64,000 nucleotides of DNA from Nymphon striatum (Eukaryota), in NCBI GenBank assembly GCA_016618385.1, contig JABFOP010000159.1, forward strand, positions 438,555 to 502,554, in the 5' to 3' direction. This document shows positions 1-10,205 of this stretch, piece after piece. The notes under the pieces are model-generated. The model was not told the DNA's origin, did not search any database, and saw only the letters and a program-made list of their open reading frames with translations. Both the position numbers and the translations under genes were made by a program. How positions within the stretch are numbered: the first letter of the stretch is position 1; each line of letters starts with the position of its first letter.

Positions 1-488
1 TCATGAAAATGTCAAGTCTTCTCAAAACTTCCTCTTCTGACATTTCATTGTCGTCAAAATCAGAATCAAAATCATCACTTTCATTGTCACAAACATTTTC
101 TGGATCATAAATTATTTCACGCACTTCAGATGCGTTGTCATCAAGTGACTCAAGCCTGGCTCTCTTCGGTTCCTTGCCATCCATGAAAGTTGGTCTTCGG
201 GAAGTTTTAGCCCCACCAATCCACTGATTTATTGCTGGTTCAGGGTCATAATTTTTTATATCAGCCGTAGACATCTGAATTGTTATGAGCTGATCCAGAG
301 TGGTTGTTTTAATCCTGGCTCTGTGGTCAGTCTTGATTTGCTTCATGTTACTGAAACCACGTTCATTTTCCGAACTGCTGGCCGGTAGTGTTCGAATCAA
401 ATCTATTAGAGGTAGGATATTCCGATGACCTTCTAAATAGGCGTTGTGCACTTCTGTCCAATCAAGCTCTTGAACTCCATCCTTGTAT
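1..488 (-). CDS. hAT-superfamily transposase gene, terminal exon (partial, runs off window start); encodes hAT C-terminal dimerisation domain and acidic tail
   Basis: Minus-strand translation '...RYKDGVQELDWTEVHNAYLEGHRNILPLIDLIRTLPASSSENERGFSNMKQIKTDHRARIKTTTLDQLITIQM...' carries the hAT dimerisation signature (PASS..ERxFS). Acceptor 'tattgtttttag' at 489-500 (minus strand) keeps frame with the upstream exon. Confidence 0.6.
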
Positions 489-603
489 CTAAAAACAATA
501 AAATATTTTACTAGATTAGATTTCTATGTAACAATTTTTTTTATAAAGAGACACAATGATTTTACATAAATATTTATCACTGCAGTGATTTGTTTATCTG
601 TAC

Positions 604-727
604 CTGTTGTAGAGATGGGATTTAAGCAGCAACCACTCCATTTCAGCCTCGGCCGTATCTACCTCTGCTTTTTCAAGTGTGTTTTTGAAGTGTAAACACA
701 GAGTTTGAACTTTGTCATTGCCAAAAT
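604..727 (-). CDS. hAT transposase gene, internal exon
   Basis: Encodes '(D)FGNDKVQTLCLHFKNTLEKAEVDTAEAEMEWLLLKSHLYN'. Flanked by acceptor 'ttttttgtacag' and donor 'AG|gta'. Phase is compatible with neighbouring exons. Confidence 0.5.
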
Positions 728-810
728 CTGTACAAAAAATAAATGTTATCCTAAGACTGGGTACTGATATTTAACAAGTATTCTTATTCGAGATATATGT
801 AATATTTACC

Positions 811-1042
811 TTGTCTTCCTGATACATTTTCATGTTTAGGCCACATATGAAAATTTGCAATTTCAGTAGCAGCAATTATACCAGCTTGGTCATGGAGATC
901 GGCATAGCGCTTTTTCAGGGCATCAAGGATTCTTTTAGCTAGGAGTGTTCTTGTAGAACCAAAATGATCTACGTTACCTCCAAGTTTGAAGCCTTGAAAT
1001 TTATCTTCCTCTTGCATAAACCTTGCAAGCGAAGGCCCGTCA
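811..1042 (-). CDS. hAT transposase gene, internal exon
   Basis: Encodes 'DGPSLARFMQEEDKFQGFKLGGNVDHFGSTRTLLAKRILDALKKRYADLHDQAGIIAATEIANFHMWPKHENVSGRQ'. Acceptor 'tttgcttcag|TGACGG', donor 'CAAG|gtaaat'. Confidence 0.55.
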
Positions 1043-1147
1043 CTGAAGCAAAAGAAATAAACACACAAATATGCATGTAGTTAAAAATTATATAATTACA
1101 GAAATAAAAAAGAATTACTTTAAATAAGGCAGTAAACAAATATGTAC

Positions 1148-1347
1148 CTGAGCTGGTAAGTATTGATCACCGAAGTACACACTTCCATCTTCTCCTTGAC
1201 ATCAGCCAAAGTAGTTTGGTTTGACTGTAGAATGACTGACAAAGTTTTTAATGGAGTAAGGATGTCTTTCATCAGATGGATGTAGGCCAAGGTGTCTTTA
1301 CGGTTAATCAGCCGGAGATAACCTCTTGCCTTATTTTGACTCTCTCC
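1148..1347 (-). CDS. hAT transposase gene, internal exon
   Basis: Encodes 'GESQNKARGYLRLINRKDTLAYIHLMKDILTPLKTLSVILQSNQTTLADVKEKMEVCTSVINTYQL'. Acceptor 'ttttaatag', donor 'CAG|gtacat'. Confidence 0.55.
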
Positions 1348-1871
1348 CTATTAAAATAAATTTAGATCAGACTTTTGTACAGTATACATATTGATACTAC
1401 TTTGTTATTTATTGTTAATTATTAGTATTTATATTTCCATCTGACTGAATGCAATGCTTCTCTGTTAGAACTACAACTACAAAAAAAAAAGATTTTAATT
1501 AAAAAAAAAATTTTAAAAAGAATTAAGAAATAAAAAAAAGGCTGGTATAAATACTATACAAAAATTATAAAAATAAAAATAAAAAATTATTTTATTTTAA
1601 TGTTGATGCTCATAGCATTGTGAATTACAACGAATACATTGATTGGGCGATTTTACACTGCTGTAAACAAGTAATTCACTCAAATTTTTGCCGCTCGGAT
1701 GGCAGTTAACATGCCACATGGGCCATGGCGGCGGCCATTTTTACACTTAGTAACACGAAATTGGAGGATAAATAAAAACATAGATTAGGTTTTTAATTAT
1801 TATAATAAATTTTCGAATTAATATTTTGATTACTAAACTAATAATAATAACTAATAATTACTAAGCCATAA

Positions 1872-2044
1872 GCATGGTGGCTGAGTGGTGCAAGATGTCG
1901 ACTCTGGGCTTGATTGGCCCAGGTTCGAACCCTCTACTTGCAGTTCTAAAAATCTTAACAGAGAAGTACTGCATAAAAGTCGGATTTGACAAAGGCACCA
2001 GTTTGCCATAAACGCATTTTTACAAGTTTAATGCAATAAAGTTA
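1872..2044 (+). mobile_element. Short SINE variant (tRNA-like head + SINE 3' tail), located in hAT intron 1
   Basis: 'ggtggctgagtggt...ggttcgaaccc' tRNA-like A/B-box head is followed by '...ttaacagagaagtactgcat...gccataaac...aatgcaataaagtt', which matches the tail of the full SINE at 6912-7352. Confidence 0.5.
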
Positions 2045-2145
2045 ATATACAGACAAACAAAATATATATAATTCTTGTAAAATATTTATAAAATATAATT
2101 ATTTTCAAGATGCAAAAGGTATAATAATCATCGAAAGTAACCAAC

Positions 2146-3219
2146 CTTTGTTGTCTGTGTAACACAGTCCTCCATTTGGGTCCGGATGGCCTTGTAGCCT
2201 TTCAAAAAGCAGTCGACTGCGAGGAGCACATGTCCAACCCAGCGGGTACCACCTACTCTTGTTGGCATGATGTTCTTCATTTTCAGGCTTGAGAATGCAT
2301 TTCTCAGGTTTTCTCGTTGTTTAGGCGAGTTTCTATAGAAATAATACACACCCATCAACAATACAATACAAGAGTCGTACAGCTTTATGTTTTTTATACT
2401 GTCCTTGAAAGAAAGCTCTAGTCTGTGAGCTAGACAGTGGACGATTGTGACAGATGGCTGAAGATTTTTAAAGAAAGTTGCCACACCACCTTTCTTGCCA
2501 ACCATCACACTGGCCCCATCACAACCAAATCCAACTAACTTGTCAGTGATGGTGCTTTCTGTAACTTTCACGTGAGACAAACTTTCCATGATCGAATTGA
2601 AGATTCCTTCCGCATCTGGGCTTTTAGGGGAAGTGATGCCAGCAAATTCTGTGTAGATCTTGCCACCTATCACAAATCGCACAAATACAATCTCTTGTTC
2701 TGTGTACGACGAATCGGTCGAACTGTCTGAAGTGATTGAAAAGAAGTTTGTTTTTGAAATTTGTCCAGTTAGATCTTGTTTAGCCGATTCCGCTATATAT
2801 TTGGTAAATGTCCTGCACGAGGTTTCGTTTCTGTAGGTTTTACCAAGGGTAAGGCCTTTGACCTCGTCAAGTTCACACAACCACAGATAGTCTCTGAAAG
2901 ATTTTCGGTGTTTCGCCAGTGCATGCGTATTCCTGAACAATAGTGTTAATTTCTCTGAATTAGCTTTATGTAGCTGTAGTTGCGCAATCTTTGCTGGAGC
3001 CGTTTCAGGATGTTCTTTCCTCTTGATAATTTTGGTGGCTTGTACATGCGCGGAAGACTTTTCATGAAGGCTTATGCTTTCAGCTTTATAGCTGACACAC
3101 CCGCTGATAAATGTCCTAGACTTCAAAAGTCCTTGCCTGGATAACGCATCTTTGTTGTCTGTGCAAAGCTTGCACACCATCCCTGCCGCACTATCAACCA
3201 CGGTCGTCCGATCTGCCAC
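2146..3219 (-). CDS. hAT transposase gene, first coding exon in window (RNase-H-like catalytic region)
   Basis: The 363-aa ORF contains hAT hallmarks 'FSITSDSSTD', 'GFGCDGASVMVG' and 'HCLAHRLEL'. A strong donor 'ACAAAG|gttggt' at 2146 suggests splicing rather than termination at the in-frame stop at 2128. Confidence 0.7.
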
Positions 3220-3440
3220 TTGGGCAGAAACTTACGCACTCGTTTCGTTTTGTTGTATTGTTTGTCATATTGACATTTCTTGGCTTCAGGTGATTCACTT
3301 TGAGGTTTGGCATTAGAATCCGGAGAAAAATAACGTAATAACGACATTTTGGAAATAATGAGAAGAAGTTGTAAGTTTAAAGTTGTTGCAAAGTAGGCAG
3401 TAGGCACTATAGTGTGATGCTTTATATGAAATGACCACTC

Positions 3441-3470
3441 TATATAGAGTTGCTGGTGACGTCATCACCT
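3441..3470 (-). promoter_or_regulatory. Candidate promoter elements upstream of hAT gene: TATATA plus TGACGTCA (CRE-type palindrome)
   Basis: 'tatataga' at 3441-3448 and 'ggTGACGTCAtcacc' at 3455-3469 lie about 220-250 bp 5' of the minus-strand ATG at 3219. These are motif matches only. Confidence 0.2.
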
Positions 3471-4516
3471 CCAACTTTTGTGTGATAATGCATTCCTCCA
3501 AGGAATGTTGGGTCTAAAACTCTATCATGGGAAAAACATTTTTTAATTAAAATTCATTCTTCAGAATACACTAAGTGCTGTAAAAAGGGAGAGAGGTGTG
3601 GAGGGAAAACCAAAATCGAAGTAATACATCATGTAAAGTTGATAAACAGCAAGACAGGGTTACAGGAGGTTACAGGGGTGTTGGTTGACCTAAACAGGTC
3701 AGAAACTTTACAGAGTAAACTGAAAAGCGATGAACAATGGGGATTAGGGATGGAAGAAGTACTGCAACCACTAACTGCAACAACATAGTCCATCAAGATT
3801 TAAAACGGCCGATAAGAAAATAGGCTTGGCTATAACAGTTTGTGCCGCTCGGGATCCTGAATGTTTATTTGTTAGCATATTGTGTGTGGCAGATGTTTGA
3901 TTGATAGCAAGCTATAAGTCATTGGTACATTTTTGACTAAATTTGAAATTCTGAATTGTTGTTTTCACTTAGACCGAATTAAAAAGCATTTTCGTCCAGA
4001 AAAAATTTCCAGAAAAATAAATCTTTTTAAAATTTTTTAATTTTTTTTTTTTTGTCGATGTTAGTAACCTAAACATTAGGCTAAATAAGCAGTCGCCCGG
4101 ACGGACCATTGGGGGAGATTTAAGAGTCGCCCGGCCGATTTATTAGTCGCATTGGCGACCGGACGACCGTCTGTTTTGTACCCTGCCCCGTACCCCCCAA
4201 AAAATTTTAAAGCGCCCTCGGCGCTATTTTCATCCGCCTTCGGCAGATGTCATTTCAACTTCACATTTTTTTCAGGATTTTTTTTTGTAATCCACTTTCA
4301 TCTCTGGAAAATATAACTTCTTAACTATGTTGTGATCGACAGAATACAATTTCTACTTTTCTTATTGACTTTTTGATTGTATTGATACAATCTTTGATTA
4401 TTTTATGACCAGCATATGTAAAATTTTTAATGACATTGCCAAAAGTCACCATTTAGTATGTTAGATTTTTGAAAATATTAATTTACTTGTTATTTTTAAT
4501 TATTACCATTATTTAG

Positions 4517-4721
4517 ACACCATACACAAGCAGTGCAATCAGCTTCTTTACGAGCTGTTGGCAATATAGTTACTGGAGATGATCTTCAAACACAAGTTAT
4601 TCTAAATTGCAATGCATTACCATATTTATTATCACTGTTATCAAATGATAAAGAATCGGTCCGAAAAGAAGCTTGCTGGACATTGTCCAACATAACTGCA
4701 GGAAATCGTCAACAAATACAA
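4517..4721 (+). CDS. Importin subunit alpha (karyopherin alpha, KPNA3/4-like) internal exon, ARM repeats
   Basis: '[63 protein letters not shown]' is the canonical importin-alpha ARM block (..[17 protein letters not shown]...KEA.W..SNITAGN..QIQ). Acceptor 'tatttag' at 4510-4516, donor 'CAA|gttggt'. Confidence 0.8.
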
Positions 4722-5397
4722 GTTGGTACAAATGTTTCTCCATCTCTTGTTGCTTATTTAAATATTGTGTGATTTTTTTTAATTCAAATCCGTTGATAAA
4801 ATTTCTGCTGTTTGTGTGTTTTTCTTTAAATTGAATTGTATTCCCGAAATATCATTAATATAATTGGAAGGTGTGTGAATAACTGCTGAGAACGGCTAAA
4901 CACATAAAAATTTTATTTTTGATGAGTGCAAAATAATTTTTCACTGGATACCGAGAGAATTTTTTTCTACCGGAGGGATATACTGCAAAGGTTGTAATAA
5001 CAAATGTATAATGGCTATCTGATAATTCATGGTGCCTTGAGATATTAACATGTATCGCAACACTTAACTTGATTCAACACTTAACTTGACCTACAGGTTG
5101 ACATTTTCTTATTTGATACATTATTCTTGTTTTAGTGCAATGGAAAGACAGGAATTAGTAATTTTAGCCATTGTGGTCATTCTTCAATTGTGGAATATAA
5201 AACCATGTTGGCTTGTCAGGGTTACCACTTATAGCGAACACATATGTTGCTAATAGTTATCGAAAGGTAATGTGTAGTTCATTGTTGCAACAACTGACTA
5301 CACAAAGAAGAGAGATGAGAAGCAAAATTTGACAGATGAAATGTTCTGTGGTGTATTTAAAAAAAACACAATGCTTATTTATATTTAGACAAGTGAC

Positions 5398-5958
5398 ATT
5401 ATAATGGGGTACCTTGTTAAATGATGAGTGTACAGATGGCGCTGCGAGACAGCCAAGTTAAGCCTCTGATAATTTAACACTGTTTAATGCTGGCGTTTTT
5501 GAGTTTATGGGTGTTTTTATCAATTTCACATCATGCCAACTGGATGTTGCGTTCCCATATGTAAGAACAGGCCTGGCCATTCATTTCCTCTTTCAAACCC
5601 TGCACGAGTTCAATCCTGGACGCTGGCAATTAATTAGTTAAGAGAGAGAAGTGGCAACCTACCAATTTATCAGGTCTCTCGTGATGTAATGTGTGAGGAA
5701 TCGGGTCTCTCGTGATGCGATGTGTGATGAATCAGGTCTCTCGTGATGTGATGTATCAGGTCTCTCGTGATGTGATCTTTAAATCATTTAAACTCTTTCC
5801 TTCGTATTTGTTCTTAGGCATTTGGAAAACGATTCATAAAAATCAAACCAAACAACAAACACAGTTGAAGGGTTGAAGATGACCGGGATTTTGCAACTTT
5901 ACCTTACCTATAAAATAGCGCCACCTGGATTTTTAGTTCCAAAGTACCCCATTATAAT
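5398..5958 (+). mobile_element. MITE family C copy 1 (TIR ATTATAATGGGGTACYTTG; internal 22-bp tandem repeats)
   Basis: Termini 'attataatggggtaccttg' and 'caaagtaccccattataat' are inverted. Internal 'caggtctctcgtgatgtgatgt' is tandemly repeated at 5668-5770. Homologous copies occur at 45247-45758 (-) and 54506-55013 (+). Confidence 0.6.
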
Positions 5959-6119
5959 CAAATAGAATAGAATAGAATAGAGAAAAGACCAAGGTGAGAG
6001 GGAAATTGAAAGCGAAGTCATCTTTGTGGAAACTTAATGCATGCCATTTATTCTTTCTTCATGTACAGTAAGTTCAAATCTTTAAAATTGTACTTGAAAA
6101 GTATTTACATTTTTTGCAG

Positions 6120-6424
6120 GCTGTAATTGATGCTAAGATATTCCCTACACTAATATCAATTCTAAGCGAAGCTGAATTTAAAACAAGAAAAGAAGCAGCA
6201 TGGGCTATCACCAATGCTACATCTGGTGGAACTGTGCAACAGATTCACTATTTAGTTGATAGTGGATGCATTCCGCCACTTTGTGCTCTACTAGACTACA
6301 AAGATGTCAAGATTGTACTAGTTGCTCTCAATGGATTAGATAATATACTTCGTATTGGAAAATTAGAAAGCGATTCAGAATCTGGCTCCAACCCATATGC
6401 TGTAAAGATTGAGGAATGTGGAGG
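6120..6424 (+). CDS. Importin subunit alpha exon (ARM 8-10)
   Basis: '[81 protein letters not shown]...IEECG' is near-identical in pattern to KPNA3/4 '[37 protein letters not shown]'. Acceptor 'ttttttgcag', donor 'GGAG|gtgagt'. The exon is contiguous in frame with 4517-4721. Confidence 0.85.
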
Positions 6425-6456
6425 TGAGTGTATTTGAGTGTATTTGAGTGTATTTG
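6424..6456. repeat. (TGAGTGTATT)n microsatellite at the importin exon donor
   Basis: 'gtgagtgtatttgagtgtatttgagtgtatttgag' is read directly in the sequence. Confidence 0.6.
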
Positions 6457-6493
6457 AGAATATTTTTAGATTCTTTCTCTCATTAATGCTGAT

Positions 6494-7566
6494 ATGTAAC
6501 CCGCCACAGCAAAATGAGTCGTAAGTCCCACAGTGACATACTGCGCTATAGCCGGTTAATGCAAAGAAAGCTTAAAACTTTCGATTTTTATGTATCTATA
6601 TAAAATAAAATCCGATATTTAATTTAATGTAAAGGTTCAGCTGATTAAATGACGCTAATTTAATTAAATTTATGTTTTCCGAGTTGATATTGTTATTATT
6701 TGCTAAAACAATGCATGAAATTAGTCAAATTACCCCATTTTCGATCATTAAATCTAAACACTTCTCCGCGGAAACCCCATGAAAATTTAACATGTACGGA
6801 CTCGTCTCGTTGTCTAGTTTCTAAATATAGAAGGCATGTTCAGGTTTTTCCCAATATAAACCAATCATCGCTCGGTACTTACAAATATGATGAACTTACA
6901 ATTATGATGGTATTTATTTTAACCTTATTGCACTAAACTCACATGGGTTTATGGCAAGCTGGAGGTCGTTTCCATCCGACTGAATGCAGTGCTTCTCTGT
7001 TAGAACTACAAGCCATGGTGGGCGAGTCCTATTTCTCACACCGCAGTCAAGAATAGGCGTTCCTCGCAGGTGCTACACTCCACCGGGATCACCCTACTCT
7101 TTATTCGAATAGTGAAGTGTGTTCTTTAGCGTGCAGAGGGTATGACTCTCCTTTACACGGGACCTCCATTTAACGTCCTATCCGAGGGACGGAGTATTTT
7201 CTCTCTAAAACCAGCCTGCATCCAGTATCAGAGAGGAGAGCACGAGAATACGCAACGTAGAGGGTGAAAAAGTGGTAGGGTACGAATGGGATTCGAACCT
7301 GGGTCTTTCAATCCCAGAACAGAGATCTTAACCACTCAGCCACCACGCCCTCTATTTAAGATCAATTATCTCAAAGTATTTTTCATTTTATCTCCGATAC
7401 CCTGAAATCTTTAAAATGTCATAATTCGGTAACCGATTGATGGATTGAAAAGCTGTTTGGATTTAATGAAAGCTGACATTCTTATCTTTCTATTGGTATT
7501 TATAACTCCATATCTCAATTTGGTGCATCACGACTCATTTTGCTGTGGTGGGTCACATATTTCATG
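6494..7566. mobile_element. MITE family B copy 1 (TIR TGTGACCCGCCACAGCAAAATGAGTCGTAAG, TA flanks), carrying a nested SINE
   Basis: 'tatgtaacccgccacagcaaaatgagtcgtaag' at the left end and 'cgactcattttgctgtggtgggtcacata' at the right end are inverted. The second copy at 26515-27476 shares termini and internal sequence but lacks the SINE. Confidence 0.6.
6912..7352 (-). mobile_element. Full-length SINE (tRNA-derived head, conserved central domain, 3' tail) inserted in MITE B
   Basis: The reverse complement begins 'gagggcgtggtggctgagtggttaagatctctgttctgggattgaaagacccaggttcgaatccc' (tRNA-like). It continues through a core 'ttagagagaaaatactccgtccctcggataggacgttaaatggag...cacttcactattcgaa' shared with six other copies in the window, then an A-rich end. 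Confidence 0.7.
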
Positions 7567-8370
7567 CCATCTGTTTTCATCAAGTACTTGGTTACTCTAT
7601 CAAAAGCTATGACCAGTTCCTTCCAGACTAATACAAAAATATAGGATTTTAGTTGTTTTTCTATTCAATGTGAAACTTGATCATGTTTAAATTTTATTTT
7701 ATTTAATCGCAACATCACTCATTATGAGAGAAAATATTTTGCTGTTTCTTAAGACAGGTGATGCAAGTGTACCACTTCACCAAGTGATGAAGTGAGTTCG
7801 TAAATATCAGAGTTTATGCTTCTATTCTTCTTAGAATCTTTATCAACATCATATTCAAGATATGAATTAGTTTTTCTCCTGCACCAGCCCTCGCCCGATT
7901 CAGAAAAGAAAGTATGATTATATACATCTTAGTGCTTATCTTTTCCTAGTGATACTTTCATCTTCCTCAACCATTCTAAAGTGCCACTCAAGTCAGGGTA
8001 TACCGTAAAGTAGGGGTGGTAACCACTTACATGCTCTTAGCCATATATAATGTTGAAATTAAATTGTCGTATTTTGTTTTTAACTTTACTTGTATCATGC
8101 ATGGCTTGGTGAGATGCATACAAATAAATATGTAGTTCGTAAAGTTCCTCGAATTTCATAAAATCTAGAGTTTCTAACATGGGATTTTCAAAATTACTAA
8201 ATGAAACAGCTAACCCATCATGCATAGGTACATTACCAACTTTAATTATGTGTTTATGGAGGAATTTTTGCTACCAGACATAAAATAAAAGCAGTATATT
8301 TAGCTTTAAACTTGATTTATAATATTTTTATGCATTGGCTCATTTTAATTGTTTATACATACCTCTGTAG

Positions 8371-8561
8371 GCCTGGACAAGATTGAGTACTTACAGTCTC
8401 ACAATAACACTGACATATATCACAAAGCATTTGACTTGATCGAGCAATACTTTGGCATGGAAGACGAAGATGAGCAGCTTGTGCCAGAAATAGCAGATGA
8501 CCAGTTTCAGTTTTCAACACAAGAAAACAATGATGTACCCCTTGGTGGTTATAATTTTTAA
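8371..8561 (+). CDS. Importin subunit alpha terminal coding exon (stop TAA at 8559-8561)
   Basis: '(G)LDKIEYLQSHNNTDIYHKAFDLIEQYFGMEDEDEQLVPEIADDQFQFSTQENNDVPLGGYNF*' matches the KPNA C-terminus '[29 protein letters not shown].EDED'. Acceptor 'acctctgtag'. Confidence 0.85.
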
Positions 8562-10161
8562 TCGATTCTCAATATTATATTTTATCCTTTTGTTTTTCTT
8601 TCAAATGAAGTCTTCCCTTCTTCGTAAAATGATGCTAGATAAATAAGGAAAATGCTCTCCTCCACATAAAGTTCAAGATTTTGGATAGTCTGAACTTTTT
8701 TCTGTTATTAGATTAGACATTATTTCATTCTATTTCACGATTATGTTATTCCAGGGAGCATAGTCTTTTTGATATACGGCTTGTGTTTCTATTTATTTTT
8801 TCATGAATTCATTTTCAATATTTTCTTTAATTAACAAATCTGAAACTTTAATTTAATGTCAGAATTTTACTTAGCCATTTAAATCCCCTTCCCTTCGATC
8901 CATCATATCCATCAATTAAATTCTTAGCTATTCTGCTTTGTACAGAAATCCCCTGAAAACTAAAGAAATGCCTATTTTTAACATTGGTTCTAATTCTGAT
9001 CCTTCACTTGTACATACATTTCTATGATTTGGGCAGTATCCTTTTTTCATATACTCCTAAACTATTTTTTTTTCCTTGCTCGAAGATAAGATCCTACTGC
9101 CTGTCGTTCGCTGTAGAATAACTTGAGTTTTGAAGTGTAGGATCTGTAATTACTGAACTTAGATAACTTCAAGCCTTATGAAATTTATTTTGGATTGTCA
9201 GCAGTTTGCAATATTTTTTTACTATAAATGTAATGTTTTTTTTTTTTGTAACTAGACCTTAAAATGTGCAGTCCTAGAATTAGCTGTCAATGTTTACATA
9301 TATTACATAGGAAAAAAAAGGCATTATTTCATGAAATCAAAATATACTAAATAATGAAACAATAAAAACAAAGAACTTTGTTTTTTGTCATGAATGGAAT
9401 TTAGAATTATTGAAGACATTATTAAAAAGTTTCATGAGCCAAATTTTTTTCCGTAATTTTTCATACAATGAAATATAATTATCAATAAGTCCGAAGATAT
9501 TTAAATGAAATAAACTATCATTGCTATATTGATCCTAATGTTGATAAGGGTATTCTCACTCAGCCATTTGAAGAAAAAATTTGAGTTATATTTAGTTTTC
9601 CCACTTAAAATTTGCGACATAGTCCTTTATTATGTCTGTAGCTGTTTCAATTCAAACAAGTCGTAAATACATCAAGTATTTAAAGTTTAATTTGCTAAAT
9701 CAATATTATTTACTGTTGCTTTGTGGTTGAGATTGCCCAAAATTACTTTTAAACAAGAGTCTTATAATAAATATGCACGTTGCCAAGAAAATTTGTAAAT
9801 GAATTGCTTTATTCATTCGTAAAATATGTACATATGATTTTACTTTACTTTCAATTTGAGGCACAAAGTAACATTAGGTGTAACTTCTAGTTTTAACTTC
9901 TAGTTTCTACAACTAGTTTTAAAATCACCTTTAGAATAAGAATGAGCTCCTGACAACTTCTGTCTCAAAAAATTTATTGGTTGAAAACTTTTCATTTTGA
10001 GATGTCTTTCAAATTTTTTTGAAATAACGCATTTGTATAAATGTAGATTGCCCAATTCTATTCAACTTGTGCTCACCTTGTTATTTTAAACTAAGATCCT
10101 GTCGCTATATTAACGAATTACGTATTCTTCATACCAAGATAATAGCTATCGGGTAGACACG

Positions 10162-10205
10162 GCCTCCAACTTGCCATAAACCCATGTGAGTTTAGTGCAA
10201 TATAT
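10162..10205 (+). repeat. SINE 3'-tail fragment
   Basis: 'gcctccaacttgccataaacccatgtgagtttagtgcaata' matches the SINE tail. Confidence 0.4.

Noticed and set aside
1876-1950. tRNA gene candidates (also at 7270-7352, 16773-16850, 24460-24530, 35220-35285 and 59386-59450)
   Set aside because: Each tRNA-like segment is contiguous with the conserved SINE body and tail, and the acceptor and anticodon stems are imperfect. These are SINE heads, not tRNA genes.
2128-2145. In-frame stop at 2128 as the true end of the hAT protein
   Set aside because: A consensus donor (AAG|gttggt) lies 6 codons upstream. Four downstream segments with matching phases encode the remainder of a hAT transposase, including its dimerisation domain. 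Splicing is therefore favoured, although this is not proven without transcript data.
5398-5640. Possible 5S rRNA or snRNA-derived repeat (three copies with small conserved ORFs 45507-45734 and 54527-54748)
   Set aside because: There is no match to 5S, U1, U2 or U6 signature sequences. The unit has terminal inverted repeats and internal tandem repeats. The 'ORFs' are the same repeat translated. It is interpreted as a MITE.
5668-5770. CRISPR-like arrays (also 62414-62488)
   Set aside because: These are contiguous direct repeats with no spacers in a eukaryotic context. They are simple tandem repeats.
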